A DNA stretch of 20,000 bases from Promethearchaeota archaeon (GCA_048939465.1 JBHLPL010000023.1:1-20000), one strand, 5' to 3'; positions 6,137-16,208 are shown, counted from the first letter of the stretch. Program-made: numbers and translations. Notes: generated by a model from the letters alone, not told the origin.

Positions 6137-7357
6137 TTGTTCCTGCTTTCTAAATATCCACACCTGAAAATCGACAAAATGGGAGAACTCAAGATAGGTG
6201 ACCACGCTTTTGGAAGAATAGTCTCAGATCACCAGACACCTGTTTTCGTTTTCGTTGGTGATCGAATTGGTCAGGCCTGCAAGACATTTCTGGGCGCTTT
6301 CAAGAATCATCCTCGAGTACTGGCTTGTTATTCCTATAAGACAAACTACATGCCTGATCTATGCAGAATAATCGCATCGCACGGTATGGGGGCAGAAGTT
6401 GTCTCCGACGTTGAGCTTGAGCTAGCTCTAAGATGTAATGTTTCTCCTGATCAGATAATTCTAAATGGTCCTTACAAGTCTGATAAACTCCTTAAGAAAG
6501 CTATATCTTACGGAGTCAAACTGATTAATATAGACTCATTAAATGAAATTCCGAGAATAAACAGGATCGCCGAGAAGAAAAACGTTAAACAAAACATCGG
6601 AATTACCCTTCGACAGGATGACAAGGCAAAAATCGGCGTTTCGAATTCTGAAAGGACCTTGAGTCTTATGCAAAAAACAATACCAGAAGCCAGGAACATA
6701 ATTCTATCTTGTGTACATTCCCATATGGGAACCCAAATTATCAAGGGAGAGAATTATGAGTCCAATTTTGAAATTGTATTGAGCTTCGTGGAAAGGCTGG
6801 AACAGAAGCTGGACGCCGACATAACTTCGTTAGATCTAGGGGGCGGCTTCCCCGAAATGGCAGTTATCGGAGATCAACTTGAAGGTATAGCCAAGAACAT
6901 AATACGAACAGTCTTGCGCCGAAACAAAGAATATGAATTAATCTTCGAACCTGGCCGATTTATTGTTGGTGATGCGGGTATTCTCCTCTCAAGGATTCAT
7001 TCGATAAAAGATGGTGCTGTCAGATGGGCTCTCCTTGATGCTGGAACGAATGTCCTCTCGAAGATGTCGAAGTCAAACTATCGGTTTTTGATTGCAGATA
7101 AGTTCAGGCAAAGCTACACAATCCCTACGAATATTGGAGGACCCCTCCCCACTAACATCGATGTAATCGCCAAGAACTACCCTCTTCCTGAGGCCATAGC
7201 CGAAGGAGATGTGGTTGCAGTTCTGAATTGTGGAGCCTACACTATCTCTCTGTCTTCTCAATTCTGTCAGCTTAGACCCCCCGTCCTGCTGATTGATGAT
7301 TTCGGAATTAGGGTCATAAAGAAGAAGGAGAATCTAGATGAGGACATTCTGAAATAA
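6137..7357 (+). CDS. Fold-type III (group IV) PLP-dependent decarboxylase, diaminopimelate/ornithine decarboxylase-like; TTG start
   Basis: YSYKTNYM (PLP lysine region), CVHSHMGTQI, DLGGGFPE, EPGRFIVGDAG, VLNCGAYTISLSSQF. Confidence 0.82.
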   Translation: MFLLSKYPHLKIDKMGELKIGDHAFGRIVSDHQTPVFVFVGDRIGQACKTFLGAFKNHPRVLACYSYKTNYMPDLCRIIASHGMGAEVVSDVELELALRCNVSPDQIILNGPYKSDKLLKKAISYGVKLINIDSLNEIPRINRIAEKKNVKQNIGITLRQDDKAKIGVSNSERTLSLMQKTIPEARNIILSCVHSHMGTQIIKGENYESNFEIVLSFVERLEQKLDADITSLDLGGGFPEMAVIGDQLEGIAKNIIRTVLRRNKEYELIFEPGRFIVGDAGILLSRIHSIKDGAVRWALLDAGTNVLSKMSKSNYRFLIADKFRQSYTIPTNIGGPLPTNIDVIAKNYPLPEAIAEGDVVAVLNCGAYTISLSSQFCQLRPPVLLIDDFGIRVIKKKENLDEDILK

Positions 7358-8455
7358 CTAGCGCGTGACCTTCGATTCCTTAAATACTTCCAGATACTCT
7401 GCGTGTTTGTCAAAATACTTGCGGCATGGCTCAAGCATTATGGTCAGTTCCTTACCTACTGCGTTCTTTAGGTCTAGTGGGTGTAATCCACCTTTTTTGT
7501 AGAGTTTCTCTAATTCCTCAAAAGTCCAGACCGCTAGGTCTCCGCCGTGTTTTGAAGAACGCCTTATGGTAAATTCCTTTTCGCTGCCTCTGAAAATGAC
7601 ATATTTCAGTATTTCAAGAATCGGATTATCCTCAACCTGTTTTTCAGGGCAAAAAGCCATCTTCATCTTTCTATTAATGCTGCTTGGGCTATCGTGTACG
7701 AATATGCTTGTTTCAGGAATGCTTTTGCTCATTTTTGAGGCAATCTGCTGGTCAATAGAATTATTCTCATCATACCCTCCCATTTTGGTCGGCCCTTGAA
7801 GACCCATAATTAGATGATGATGAAGACTAACGGGTTTGTACCACCTTTTCTTCCCTACCTCCCTGGCCAGTATGTTTGCTTTTCTTTGGTCGATTCCAAG
7901 CTGACAGATATCTATCTTCATATGAAATATATCGGCGACCTGCATGGCTGGATAAATATACTGGGCTGCGCTTTTTAGTTCCCCATTAAGACGTCCCATA
8001 ACTGTTAGGCAGCGAGTCATTCGTTTAACAGTGGTGTCTTTTAATACTAGTATGACTTTCTTCCAGTATTCGGTGTCCTTGACAAGATCACTGGCCCAGA
8101 TTATTTCGATTTTGGATGTATCCAGACCCAAGGATTCCCAGACTTTGATGATGTAACGCCCAACAGCTCTGATCTTCTCTAAATCTCCACCCATCTTTTC
8201 ATTTATCCACGCATGCCAGTCCGCCAGAAGTATCTTGAACTTGACTCCCGCCTCGACCAAATCACCTATTTTTTGGGCTCTCATCAAGCCTGTGGCAATA
8301 TTGGCGTATCCTGATGGTTCAAAGCCATCATATGCAACAGGACATTCATTCGTTTCAAGCAATTCCCTGAGTTCCTTAGCTGTAATTATCTCCTCAATCG
8401 GTATTCTGGTAATCAACTCAATTCGTTTCTCGAGATCCAAATGGTACCACCTCAT
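7358..8455 (-). CDS. tyrS: Tyrosyl-tRNA synthetase (archaeal/eukaryotic type)
   Basis: YDGFEPSGYANIATGLMRAQKI, LLADWHAWINEKMGG, YIYPAMQVADIF, KMSKSIP. Confidence 0.95.
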   Translation of the reverse strand: MRWYHLDLEKRIELITRIPIEEIITAKELRELLETNECPVAYDGFEPSGYANIATGLMRAQKIGDLVEAGVKFKILLADWHAWINEKMGGDLEKIRAVGRYIIKVWESLGLDTSKIEIIWASDLVKDTEYWKKVILVLKDTTVKRMTRCLTVMGRLNGELKSAAQYIYPAMQVADIFHMKIDICQLGIDQRKANILAREVGKKRWYKPVSLHHHLIMGLQGPTKMGGYDENNSIDQQIASKMSKSIPETSIFVHDSPSSINRKMKMAFCPEKQVEDNPILEILKYVIFRGSEKEFTIRRSSKHGGDLAVWTFEELEKLYKKGGLHPLDLKNAVGKELTIMLEPCRKYFDKHAEYLEVFKESKVTR

Positions 8456-8595
8456 TGATTCGTCGGCAAATACGCTTCAGCGGATATTTCATCACTGATT
8501 ATTGAAAGGAAATGCAACATCGATTTTAAATTTTGCTCCAAAGTCTTTTAACTAACGTCTAACCATCTAAGTCAGCAGATTAGTCATTTGTAACA

Positions 8596-8740
8596 TTAAA
8601 AATATCTTGGAGACTGTGCAATCTACCGCTAAAGGGCTTGGATGTAAACTTATCACCCCTCGCAGAAGGAGCTAATGACTGTGCTTGTCCGCAGTCCCCT
8701 TCCTCTCCACCATTCAGGACGAAGTTTCATCGAAGTGGTT
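8596..8740 (+). ncRNA. Candidate small structured RNA or structured 5' leader upstream of the Toprim gene
   Basis: TATA-like TTAAAAATA (8596-8604) ~25-30 nt before 8630; hairpin GACTGTG(8677-8683)-CTTGTC-CGCAGTC(8690-8696) inside GAAGG(8665-8669)/CCTTC(8698-8702); AGGG(8633-8636)/CCCT nearby. No coding potential. Confidence 0.3.
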
Positions 8741-8743
8741 TAG

Positions 8744-9169
8744 ATGAAAAAGCCTGCTAATAAAACATCAGAGATGGTTGAACGTCTCGAAGAGGTTCTG
8801 CTGGAGATTGACAATTTGTCCAAAAGTTTCCCCATCGTGGTTGAAGGCAAAAAAGATGAACAGGCATTAAGGAAATTGGGCATAAATGGCACCATTATTC
8901 GTCTTTCTGGAAGGAGGCTATTTGAGGTGGCTGATACGATGGTTAGTTTCAAAAAAGTCGTGATTCTCACAGATTTCGATAATAGAGGAGAGAGAATAGC
9001 ACATCAGCTATCAAGACACCTGGAGGAAAGAGGAATCCACCCAATTATGAACTGTCGAATTAGGATATTGAACGTCACCGAGGGAAGAATCCGACAGATT
9101 GAAGGATTAAACCGTTTTGTTCGCAATCTAAGAAGAAAAAGCCATTCTTCGAATAGTAATTCATCTTAA
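8744..9169 (+). CDS. Small Toprim-domain protein (UPF0292-like)
   Basis: PIVVEGKKDEQALRKLG, VVILTDFDNRGERIAHQLSRHLEERG. Confidence 0.85.
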   Translation: MKKPANKTSEMVERLEEVLLEIDNLSKSFPIVVEGKKDEQALRKLGINGTIIRLSGRRLFEVADTMVSFKKVVILTDFDNRGERIAHQLSRHLEERGIHPIMNCRIRILNVTEGRIRQIEGLNRFVRNLRRKSHSSNSNSS

Positions 9170-9286
9170 TTCAAGTTATAATAAGTCTTTTAAAGAAAAG
9201 TTTTTTTAAGTGGCATGAACTGATTTCTATAGCATCGAACTTACCATTTCATGCTTTGTAAGAAGTCTGAGTTGGTTACAATTAAT

Positions 9287-9294
9287 AGGAGGTA
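9287..9294 (+). promoter_or_regulatory. Shine-Dalgarno site for dnaG
   Basis: ATAGGAGGTAAATAC immediately upstream of the TTG start at 9301. Confidence 0.75.
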
Positions 9295-9300
9295 AATACT

Positions 9301-10533
9301 TTGACTGATCGAGATGATTTCGCAACAACAAAGTACATAATACATATATCAATTGATGTTGATGGTGTAGTTGAAAGGCCGGATGTTGTTGGAGCAATAT
9401 TCGGGCAGACTGAAGGCCTTCTTGGTGGAGAACTTGACCTGAGGGAACTTCAAAAGACTGGAAGAATTGGAAGAATAGGGGTAAACCTTGATACAAAAGG
9501 AGGAAAAGTCGCTGGAAACATAATCATTCCGTCGAGCCTTGATCGTGCGGAAACTGCGATACTGGCAGCCGCCATCGAGGTTATTGATCGAGTAGGTCCA
9601 TGCACAGCAAGGTTAAAACTAACTAAGATTGAGGACATTAGAGAATCTAAAAGAGAGAAGATAATTAACAGAGCAGTAGGCATCTTGAGAGAATGGAATG
9701 AAAAAGTAGCTCCGGAAAGTCAGGAGATTACAGACGCTGTTCTGAATGCCGCTCAAGTCGGAGCAATAGCCAAATACGGTCCCGAGGGGTTACCTGCAGG
9801 CCCATCAATAGACGAATCTGATTCAATAATCATCTTGGAGGGACGTGCAGATGTGCTCAACTTGCTCCGCCACGGTTTCAAGAACTTGATTGCAGTTGAG
9901 GGCACAAACATTCCGAACTCGATAATAGAATTGAGCAGAAGAAAAACAACAACTGCTTTTATGGATGGCGATCGGGGCGGTGAGCTGATACTAAAGGAAT
10001 TGCTTGAAGTGGCAGAAATTGACTATGTTTCGCGGGCCCCGCCTGAGAAGGATGTAGAAGATCTGAGCAGAAAAGAGATAATAAAGTGCTTAAGGAACAA
10101 GGTACCTGTGGAGCAATACGCTCACTTGGAGAAGCCAAAGCGAGAAAAGCCTAAGATAGAAAAGATGAAGCCAAGAAAGGAGAAGAGGTACGTTCTTGTG
10201 GAAAAACCGGAGAACGCCCGTGCCAAGGTACCTAAGACCACTGTACCGAAGGAATTCAGCAAACATGTGGGAGATGTCCGGGAGAAGCTGGAAGCAATTA
10301 TACTTGATAAGAATGCCAAAGTACTAAAAAGAACAAGTGTTGGTGAGCTTGCAGAAATCCTTTCGACGACAGACAATGCGGACGCAGTGGTTTTTGACGG
10401 CATAATTACTCAAAGACTCATTGACATCGCATTTGAAAAGGGGGTAAGGAGCCTAGTAGGTGCTCGAATAGGCAAAATCCAGAAGAAACCAGTAAAAGTA
10501 TCTGTATCCACGTTTGCGGAGATTAACGGCTAA
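9301..10533 (+). CDS. dnaG: Archaeal DnaG-type primase/exosome-associated Toprim protein; TTG start
   Basis: TKYIIHISIDVDGVVERPDVVGAIFGQTEGLLG, IIILEGRADVLNLLRHGFKNLIAVEGT, FMDGDRGGELILKELL. Confidence 0.95.
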   Translation: MTDRDDFATTKYIIHISIDVDGVVERPDVVGAIFGQTEGLLGGELDLRELQKTGRIGRIGVNLDTKGGKVAGNIIIPSSLDRAETAILAAAIEVIDRVGPCTARLKLTKIEDIRESKREKIINRAVGILREWNEKVAPESQEITDAVLNAAQVGAIAKYGPEGLPAGPSIDESDSIIILEGRADVLNLLRHGFKNLIAVEGTNIPNSIIELSRRKTTTAFMDGDRGGELILKELLEVAEIDYVSRAPPEKDVEDLSRKEIIKCLRNKVPVEQYAHLEKPKREKPKIEKMKPRKEKRYVLVEKPENARAKVPKTTVPKEFSKHVGDVREKLEAIILDKNAKVLKRTSVGELAEILSTTDNADAVVFDGIITQRLIDIAFEKGVRSLVGARIGKIQKKPVKVSVSTFAEING

Positions 10534-10917
10534 TTCCCGCCTTAAAAGACTCAATAGCGGTCATCGGCATTGAAAGACGAGTTCAAGTCATGGAAATCTG
10601 AAGACGCAAACCAGAATTGATATAACGACCCGAGCCAAGAAAGAATGTACGAGAATACACTTCGATATCACGATGGAAGAGCTGTCTGACAACACAGGCC
10701 GAAAGCAATCTTGAGTGACTATTATCCGATATTTAATGAAAGGCTATCGTACTCATCTAGCCTGAAAGCAAGATTCTAACTGGAAGCAAAGGGAAAAGCT
10801 CAAGTCTTGGAACTCGGTGAAATCTCTTTCATATCCCCTGAGGGATTGCCAGAAGAAAGAGATGATTTGACGATTCGCTTAACTAGTTAATCTTATTAAT
10901 ATGCTTGTCATCTATAG

Positions 10918-11574
10918 GTGGCGGAGGCCAAGAGAGTGCCGGAAATAATCGCTGGAACCAAAGCAACAAGAATGGAACTACTGGCGCTGAAGAAGCGCAT
11001 AGAGCTGGCGAAGAAAGGGCACGATCTTTTGAAAGAGAAAAGAGATGCGGTAATCATGGAGTTCTTTGATATCGTTGAAAGTGCCCGCAAAGTAAGAGAT
11101 AATACACTGAATCTTTTGAGAGAAGCTTTTACGGCACTTACTGAGGCAAAGATGCTCATGGGACCGTTGCAGCTGGATGAACTTGCCCTGACGACTCCCG
11201 CAAATGTTGAGCTGGAAATCGAAAGTCGTAACATTATGGGCGTTTCAATACCTATTTTGCAAACCAAGGAAACAAGGACCTCCAAAAGGCTTTTCAGTCT
11301 CCTAGGTACATCCGCCAAGCTGGATGATGCAGTAGAGAAGTTTAAGGCGGCCTTGACACACATTATTAAATTGGCCGAAGTTGAGGCTAGCCTAAAGAGA
11401 ATGGCTGAGGAGATAGAAAGGACTAAACGCCGTGTCAACGCACTGAAGGCCATAGTCATCCCAAGGATTGAGAATACGATACGCTATATTTCACTGCACC
11501 TAGAAGAAAGAGAAAGGGAAGATTTTTCAAGGCTCAAATTCATAAAACGGAAGCTAGAGAAGTCGAAAACTTGA
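10918..11574 (+). CDS. atpD: A/V-type ATP synthase subunit D; GTG start
   Basis: IIAGTKATRMELLALKKRIELAKKGHDLLKEKRDAVIMEFF; C-terminal RRVNALKAIVIPRIENTIRYISLHLEEREREDFSRLKFIKRKLEK. Confidence 0.95.
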   Translation: MAEAKRVPEIIAGTKATRMELLALKKRIELAKKGHDLLKEKRDAVIMEFFDIVESARKVRDNTLNLLREAFTALTEAKMLMGPLQLDELALTTPANVELEIESRNIMGVSIPILQTKETRTSKRLFSLLGTSAKLDDAVEKFKAALTHIIKLAEVEASLKRMAEEIERTKRRVNALKAIVIPRIENTIRYISLHLEEREREDFSRLKFIKRKLEKSKT

Positions 11575-11582
11575 TCCGATTT

Positions 11583-11975
11583 CTATCCTTTGGTCGATTT
11601 AAGAGAGAGAATAGCTTGCGCCAGGTCACCACCCGCCGCTGCTAATGCCGCTTTGGCCTCTTCAACGCCGGCTCCGGTCTGCTGTGCCACCAGCCGAATG
11701 TCCTCCTCAGGAATCTCAACATGCTTAGTCTCTTCGGCCGACTCTTCTTCTGCCTTTCCAGAGTATGGTCGCTCACTAACACTTCCGCTTATCTGAAAGA
11801 TCTTATGTCCCTTCGTGTCTGTAATGAAGACCTGAGGGTTGGATATCAGAATCTCCTTATTTGGCAATCTAATAATCACCTCTTCTGCAGTATCAAGGGT
11901 TTCTAGCCTTAGGCCCATTTTTCGCATAGCCTTTTCCATATCCCGAGGTCGCATCTTTCTCCTAATTCTACTCAT
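11583..11975 (-). CDS. nac: Archaeal nascent polypeptide-associated complex protein (NAC domain plus C-terminal UBA)
   Basis: IRRKMRPRDMEKAMRKMG, GHKIFQISG, IRLVAQQTGAGVEEAKAALAAAGGDLAQAILSL. Confidence 0.92.
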   Translation of the reverse strand: MSRIRRKMRPRDMEKAMRKMGLRLETLDTAEEVIIRLPNKEILISNPQVFITDTKGHKIFQISGSVSERPYSGKAEEESAEETKHVEIPEEDIRLVAQQTGAGVEEAKAALAAAGGDLAQAILSLKSTKG

Positions 11976-12453
11976 CCTCCTTTATGCCCCTTCTAACTTT
12001 AACAGCAACTCCTCGCTTAAATACAATCATCTCTTCACCATTAAGAAGAGCTTTACCAACAGCTAAAATCCTATCGGTTCCGTCCACCACGATGACTTCC
12101 GCAGCGGGTCTAATATCGGGGTCGGCCTCAACCACATGCTTTGCAAATACATTTCTTCCTTCTGAAATAAATTCCGTCACTTCATTAGAAATTACCACTC
12201 TGAATCTGGGTCTTGGTATCTGCTTCATGATTCGTTTCGCACCGGCCAGAGTAAGGGCTAAATACCCGTCCTTTGGACGAAGTGTTGCTATGAGTTCATT
12301 GTTGACATATATATGCCTTATTCGCCCTGTCGTCGGTGATCTTGTGACTGTCAAATCTTCCGGAAAAAGGATATGCCCGATTTTTGGACCAAATTGATAG
12401 TTTGCAACTCCCCGTAATACTCTGAGGGCGAATGAATCGCACTTCTCATGCAT
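11968..12453 (-). CDS. PUA domain-containing RNA-binding protein
   Basis: C-terminal PDIRPAAEVIVVDGTDRILAVGKALLNGEEMIVFKRGVAVKVRRGI (PUA signature). Confidence 0.85.
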   Translation of the reverse strand: MHEKCDSFALRVLRGVANYQFGPKIGHILFPEDLTVTRSPTTGRIRHIYVNNELIATLRPKDGYLALTLAGAKRIMKQIPRPRFRVVISNEVTEFISEGRNVFAKHVVEADPDIRPAAEVIVVDGTDRILAVGKALLNGEEMIVFKRGVAVKVRRGIKEDE

Positions 12454-12478
12454 AATTGCTCACAAATAGATATTCTTC

Positions 12479-13669
12479 TTAGCCGTATATCTCGTGGTGT
12501 TCTTTTTGATCCTCGGCTCCCCCGAGGATTTTCTCTACGGCTTTTTCGAAGTCATCTTGGTTCACTTCGCTTTTCAGCTGGCGAATGGCAAACATACCTG
12601 CTTCCGTACACATTGCCTTAATGTCGGCTCCAGTTGATCCTTCTGTCATGCTAACCAGCTTTTCAAAATCAACGTTGGATAGACTCATCTTCTTAGTATG
12701 GATTTCAAAAATCTCTTTTCTTGCTTCTTTAATGGGTACGGGGAATTCGATTATGCGGTCGAATCTTCCGGGGCGGAGTAATGCCGGATCAAGTATATCG
12801 GGTCTGTTTGTCGCAGCAATTATTCGTACGTCTCCTCTGGAATCAAACCCATCCAGCACACTCAGTAACTGCATGAGCGTCCTTTGAACTTCCCTATCAC
12901 CGCTTGTTGCTATATCAAGCCTTCTGCTGCCTATTGCATCTAATTCATCAATAAACACAATTGCCGGAGATTTCTCTCGCGCCATATTGAAGACTTCTCG
13001 GACTAGCCTTGCCCCTTCACCAATAAACTTCTGAACTAATTCTGAGCCAATGATCCTTATGAACGCAGTCTTGGTCTCATGGGCGACCGCTCTGGCAACA
13101 AGGGTCTTCCCTGTCCCAGGAAGACCGCAAAGCAAAACACCCTTGGGGGCTTCTATCCCAATCTTATCAAAAAGCTCTGGGTGAAGGAGTGGAAGTTCAA
13201 CCGCCTCACGGACCTCCCTGATTTGATCTTCTAGGCCACCAATATCTCCATAGGCTACCTCTGGCGCTTCCTCTACTTCCATACCTTTGACTAATGGATC
13301 CCTTGTGGGCGGAAGAATCTCTACAAGCGAAAAAGTCCTCTGATTTAAAGCTACGCGGACTCCCGGAGCCAGCTTATCCTTAGGAACACTTGAAGTAACG
13401 TGAACTATGAACTGAGGACCAGCAGAGCTTTTGACCGCCGCCCGACCATCACTTAGCACGTCAACTACTGTTGCGGCAATTAAAGGGGGTTGCCTCATTC
13501 GGTCCAGTTCAACCTTTATCGAGTGTACTTCACGTTCCAGCCGAACTCTTTCAGCATCTAGAAGCTGTTTCTCCGTTTCAAGAGATCGGACCTTCCTTTC
13601 GAGATGCCTTGTATATGTGACAAGGTACGTCTCTTCATAGTCCTTCTTTGATTCTGTGGAGTCCGTCAA
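12479..13669 (-). CDS. pan: Proteasome-activating nucleotidase (AAA ATPase)
   Basis: N-terminal coiled coil; [26 protein letters not shown]; Walker A GLPGTGKT; [14 protein letters not shown]; C-terminal HbYX-like IYG. Confidence 0.95.
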   Translation of the reverse strand: MTDSTESKKDYEETYLVTYTRHLERKVRSLETEKQLLDAERVRLEREVHSIKVELDRMRQPPLIAATVVDVLSDGRAAVKSSAGPQFIVHVTSSVPKDKLAPGVRVALNQRTFSLVEILPPTRDPLVKGMEVEEAPEVAYGDIGGLEDQIREVREAVELPLLHPELFDKIGIEAPKGVLLCGLPGTGKTLVARAVAHETKTAFIRIIGSELVQKFIGEGARLVREVFNMAREKSPAIVFIDELDAIGSRRLDIATSGDREVQRTLMQLLSVLDGFDSRGDVRIIAATNRPDILDPALLRPGRFDRIIEFPVPIKEARKEIFEIHTKKMSLSNVDFEKLVSMTEGSTGADIKAMCTEAGMFAIRQLKSEVNQDDFEKAVEKILGGAEDQKEHHEIYG

Positions 13670-13877
13670 GAGCCATCCTCCAGGGTTTTTATTAATGGAA
13701 TGTGAAACATCAATATTAAGCTTTACTGTGGTCTCTTTTTTTCGTCACTATCATAAGTATGAGGGATCAAATTATTAATTATTGCGCCTATATGGTTCTT
13801 AATCAAAGGCCTAGTAGGGATTAAAAACAAAAACAAAGAAATAGAGTATCGTAGCCCAATATTGAGAGGGAGAATCT

Positions 13878-14390
13878 TTGCAATGTGAGATATGTGGCCA
13901 AACCATACAGGCGCCCAAATATGTGCTGGTTGAAGGAGCTAGGCTTATTGTATGTGCCAATTGCGCACGATTTGGTAGTCCGATAAAGCCTCCTTTTCTT
14001 GGTCCCAAGCAAAAGAAGATAAAGACCGTGAAATCAAAAACTCTTGCTAGAAGGAAATCTGTCAAAAGACCTGCAAAAGAACAGACAGGATTTGAACTGG
14101 TTGGAGATTTTGCAGTCCGAGTTAAAACTGCAAGAGAGAAACTCGGTTGGAAACAGGAAGACCTCGGCAGGATGATCAAAGAGAAGGTCTCTACAATAAG
14201 CAAGATAGAAACAGGGAAATTCAGACCCACAGAAAAGATTCTTAGAAAACTAGAAAAAGCTCTGGAAATAGCTCTGCATGAATCCCCCCCAATAATGACC
14301 GAGGACGCGAGCATAAAAACACACAGATCGCATGAACTCACGTTGGGAGATGTGATTATTGTCAAAGAGCGAAAAAAGAAATCAACATGA
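13878..14390 (+). CDS. MBF1-like transcription factor (zinc ribbon plus Cro/C1 HTH); TTG start
   Basis: CEICGQTIQAPKYVLVEGARLIVCANCARFG; VRTAREKLGWKQEDLGRMIKEKVSTISKIETGKFRPTEKILRKLEKALEI. Confidence 0.92.
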   Translation: MQCEICGQTIQAPKYVLVEGARLIVCANCARFGSPIKPPFLGPKQKKIKTVKSKTLARRKSVKRPAKEQTGFELVGDFAVRVKTAREKLGWKQEDLGRMIKEKVSTISKIETGKFRPTEKILRKLEKALEIALHESPPIMTEDASIKTHRSHELTLGDVIIVKERKKKST

Positions 14391-14416
14391 ATTCTCCTAA
14401 TCGGCAGAAGGAGTTC

Positions 14417-14986
14417 TCAGGAAGTTCTTAAGACTCTCTTTCCCCTTCTTGTTGGGATTACTCTGATTTTGGCATTCTTGAAAACCTTATCCAGTTCCCT
14501 CCCCTCAAAAAAGTGGTCGAGAATGCATGCTAGACTGGCGATCTCAGAATGAGGTTGGTTGGTCACCGATATGTTCCAGTCTGCGATGTGGTATACGTCA
14601 TAAGGAACCTTTGACGACCCGACAACAATAATCAGGCTATCCTCACAATTCCGAATTTCGTCAATCTTTTCTCTGAGTGGCATTCCGTACATGGTCAGAT
14701 GTATAATCTTGCCTTTCCACTCTTTGAGGATTCTCTTCCAGTTTCTCTCATATTCAACCTTGAATTCTCCTCCCCAATCCTCCACAACTTGCCTAACAGA
14801 ATTGATTAGGTTCTCATCTTTGTCTCCACTTAAGATTCCAAAATCGGCACCAAATGCTCTGGCGACCAGAAAGACGTGAGATGTTGTTCGTTTGTCACGG
14901 TACATCCTATGACCTAGCCTCATGACCCCTATTTCCATAATATCCCCTCTTATTGTATATTTTTCGCTGAAAAACCTAAAAAACAT
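14417..14986 (-). CDS. trm56: tRNA (cytidine(56)-2'-O)-methyltransferase, aTrm56
   Basis: IGVMRLGHRMYRDKRTTSHVFLVARAFGADFGILSG; IVVGSSKVPYDVYHIADWNISVTNQPHSEIASLACILD. Confidence 0.93.
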   Translation of the reverse strand: MFFRFFSEKYTIRGDIMEIGVMRLGHRMYRDKRTTSHVFLVARAFGADFGILSGDKDENLINSVRQVVEDWGGEFKVEYERNWKRILKEWKGKIIHLTMYGMPLREKIDEIRNCEDSLIIVVGSSKVPYDVYHIADWNISVTNQPHSEIASLACILDHFFEGRELDKVFKNAKIRVIPTRRGKRVLRTS

Positions 14987-15021
14987 TCCTTAAAGGCGGA
15001 AACATTTTTTAATAAATTTAC

Positions 15022-15040
15022 ATATATATATATCAAACAC
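15022..15040 (+). promoter_or_regulatory. AT-rich promoter region (TATATATATAT) upstream of tfe
   Basis: TTTACATATATATATATC in the divergent trm56/tfe intergenic region. Confidence 0.45.
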
Positions 15041-15089
15041 CATCGGTGGAAGCATACGTTTACCAATGTAGTGCGGGGAGGATTAGCAG

Positions 15090-15632
15090 TTGTCAGACAA
15101 AACGCAAGACGAGACGCTTAACCTGATAATCGGAGAGCTCGAAAACAAGCTGGACAATAAAACCGCAGAAATGCTCGACAACAATACAAGCACTGACATC
15201 CTCAATATCCTTAATCGTGCACAGGAAGTAACCGACGAGGAGCTTGCTGAGAAATCTGGAATGCGACTCAATGTCGTAAGAAAGATATTGTATAAACTGT
15301 ATGATAATCGACTGGCATCATATAGGCGAGTCCGTGACAAGAATACCGGATGGTTTATCTATTTTTGGAAACTGAATCCTGAACGAATATTCACGCTCGT
15401 AAGAAAAAAGAAAACACTTGTTTTGAAGCACCTGAAAGAACGCCTTGCTTATGAAAAAGAAAACACATTCTATCAGTGCAAAGAGGATAACAATTCCCGC
15501 TTTACTTTTGATGAGGCCATGGAGATCACATTTCGTTGTCCCAAATGCGGTAACCCCTTGAAACATCAGAAGAACACAAGAATGATTAGAGTTCTGCAGA
15601 ATCAGATCAAGAAGCTTGAAAGAGATTTGTAA
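15090..15632 (+). CDS. tfe: Transcription initiation factor E, alpha subunit (TFE-alpha)
   Basis: N-terminal winged helix EVTDEELAEKSGMRLNVVRKILYKLYDNRLASYRRVRDKNTGWFIYFWKLN; zinc ribbon CPKCGNPL. Confidence 0.92.
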   Translation: MSDKTQDETLNLIIGELENKLDNKTAEMLDNNTSTDILNILNRAQEVTDEELAEKSGMRLNVVRKILYKLYDNRLASYRRVRDKNTGWFIYFWKLNPERIFTLVRKKKTLVLKHLKERLAYEKENTFYQCKEDNNSRFTFDEAMEITFRCPKCGNPLKHQKNTRMIRVLQNQIKKLERDL

Positions 15633-15668
15633 GGCATCGTCCTCTCTGAGGCTATTTTTTAGGATAGA

Positions 15669-16208
15669 TTAAGATTCACCCATCAATTTCTTGATGAATC
15701 TTTCGATCTTTTTTGCATATCTTAAAGACTTGACGATCTCAGGCGTCTTACCATACTTCTGTATCCAATAAGCAAATCTTTCCTCCAGCGTTACATATAC
15801 GCTTCCTTTTGTCAATTTATCCGCATAACAGCATATCTTTTCCTCGACAGTCTTGGGGCGAAAATCTCCAAGCGGAAATCCTAAGTTCTTGCCTTCCCTT
15901 CGAGAGATACCGCCTAATACATGAGTCTCCACAATACGTGCGACCTCTTCACAGATTCCTAGTTCCCTCAGGATCTGGCCGCCTGCTACCCCGTGAAGTA
16001 TGCCGTTAGTCCTTATCCTGCCAATGTCATGGAGTAGTGCGCCTGCCTCAAGAATTGATAGATTAACTCTATGTCCATTACTCTCAATCATTCTGGCCAT
16101 CTTTAAGCTCTTTTCGCAAACAGCGATAGAATGCTTAATAATACTCTTCGAAACATTCAATTGTCGCAGAATGCGCAGAGCTTCTGTTCTGGATGGTGGG
16201 GATTTCAT
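15669..16208 (-). CDS. HD-domain phosphohydrolase family protein
   Basis: KHSIAVCEKSLKMARMI...GALLHDIGRIRTNGILHGVAGGQIL, ICCYADKL. Confidence 0.88.
   Translation of the reverse strand: MKSPPSRTEALRILRQLNVSKSIIKHSIAVCEKSLKMARMIESNGHRVNLSILEAGALLHDIGRIRTNGILHGVAGGQILRELGICEEVARIVETHVLGGISRREGKNLGFPLGDFRPKTVEEKICCYADKLTKGSVYVTLEERFAYWIQKYGKTPEIVKSLRYAKKIERFIKKLMGES

Noticed and set aside
9450-10403. Minus-strand ORFs 9450..9683 and 10122..10403
   Set aside because: Antisense to dnaG; hydrophobic or Phe-rich shadow translations typical of spurious ORFs.
10908-11459. ORF 10908..11459(-)
   Set aside because: Fully antisense to atpD; Ser/Leu-rich shadow ORF.
13811-14365. ORF 13811..14365(-) and nested 13821..14012(-)
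   Set aside because: Antisense to the convincing zinc ribbon-HTH (MBF1-like) protein at 13878..14390(+); low-complexity translation.
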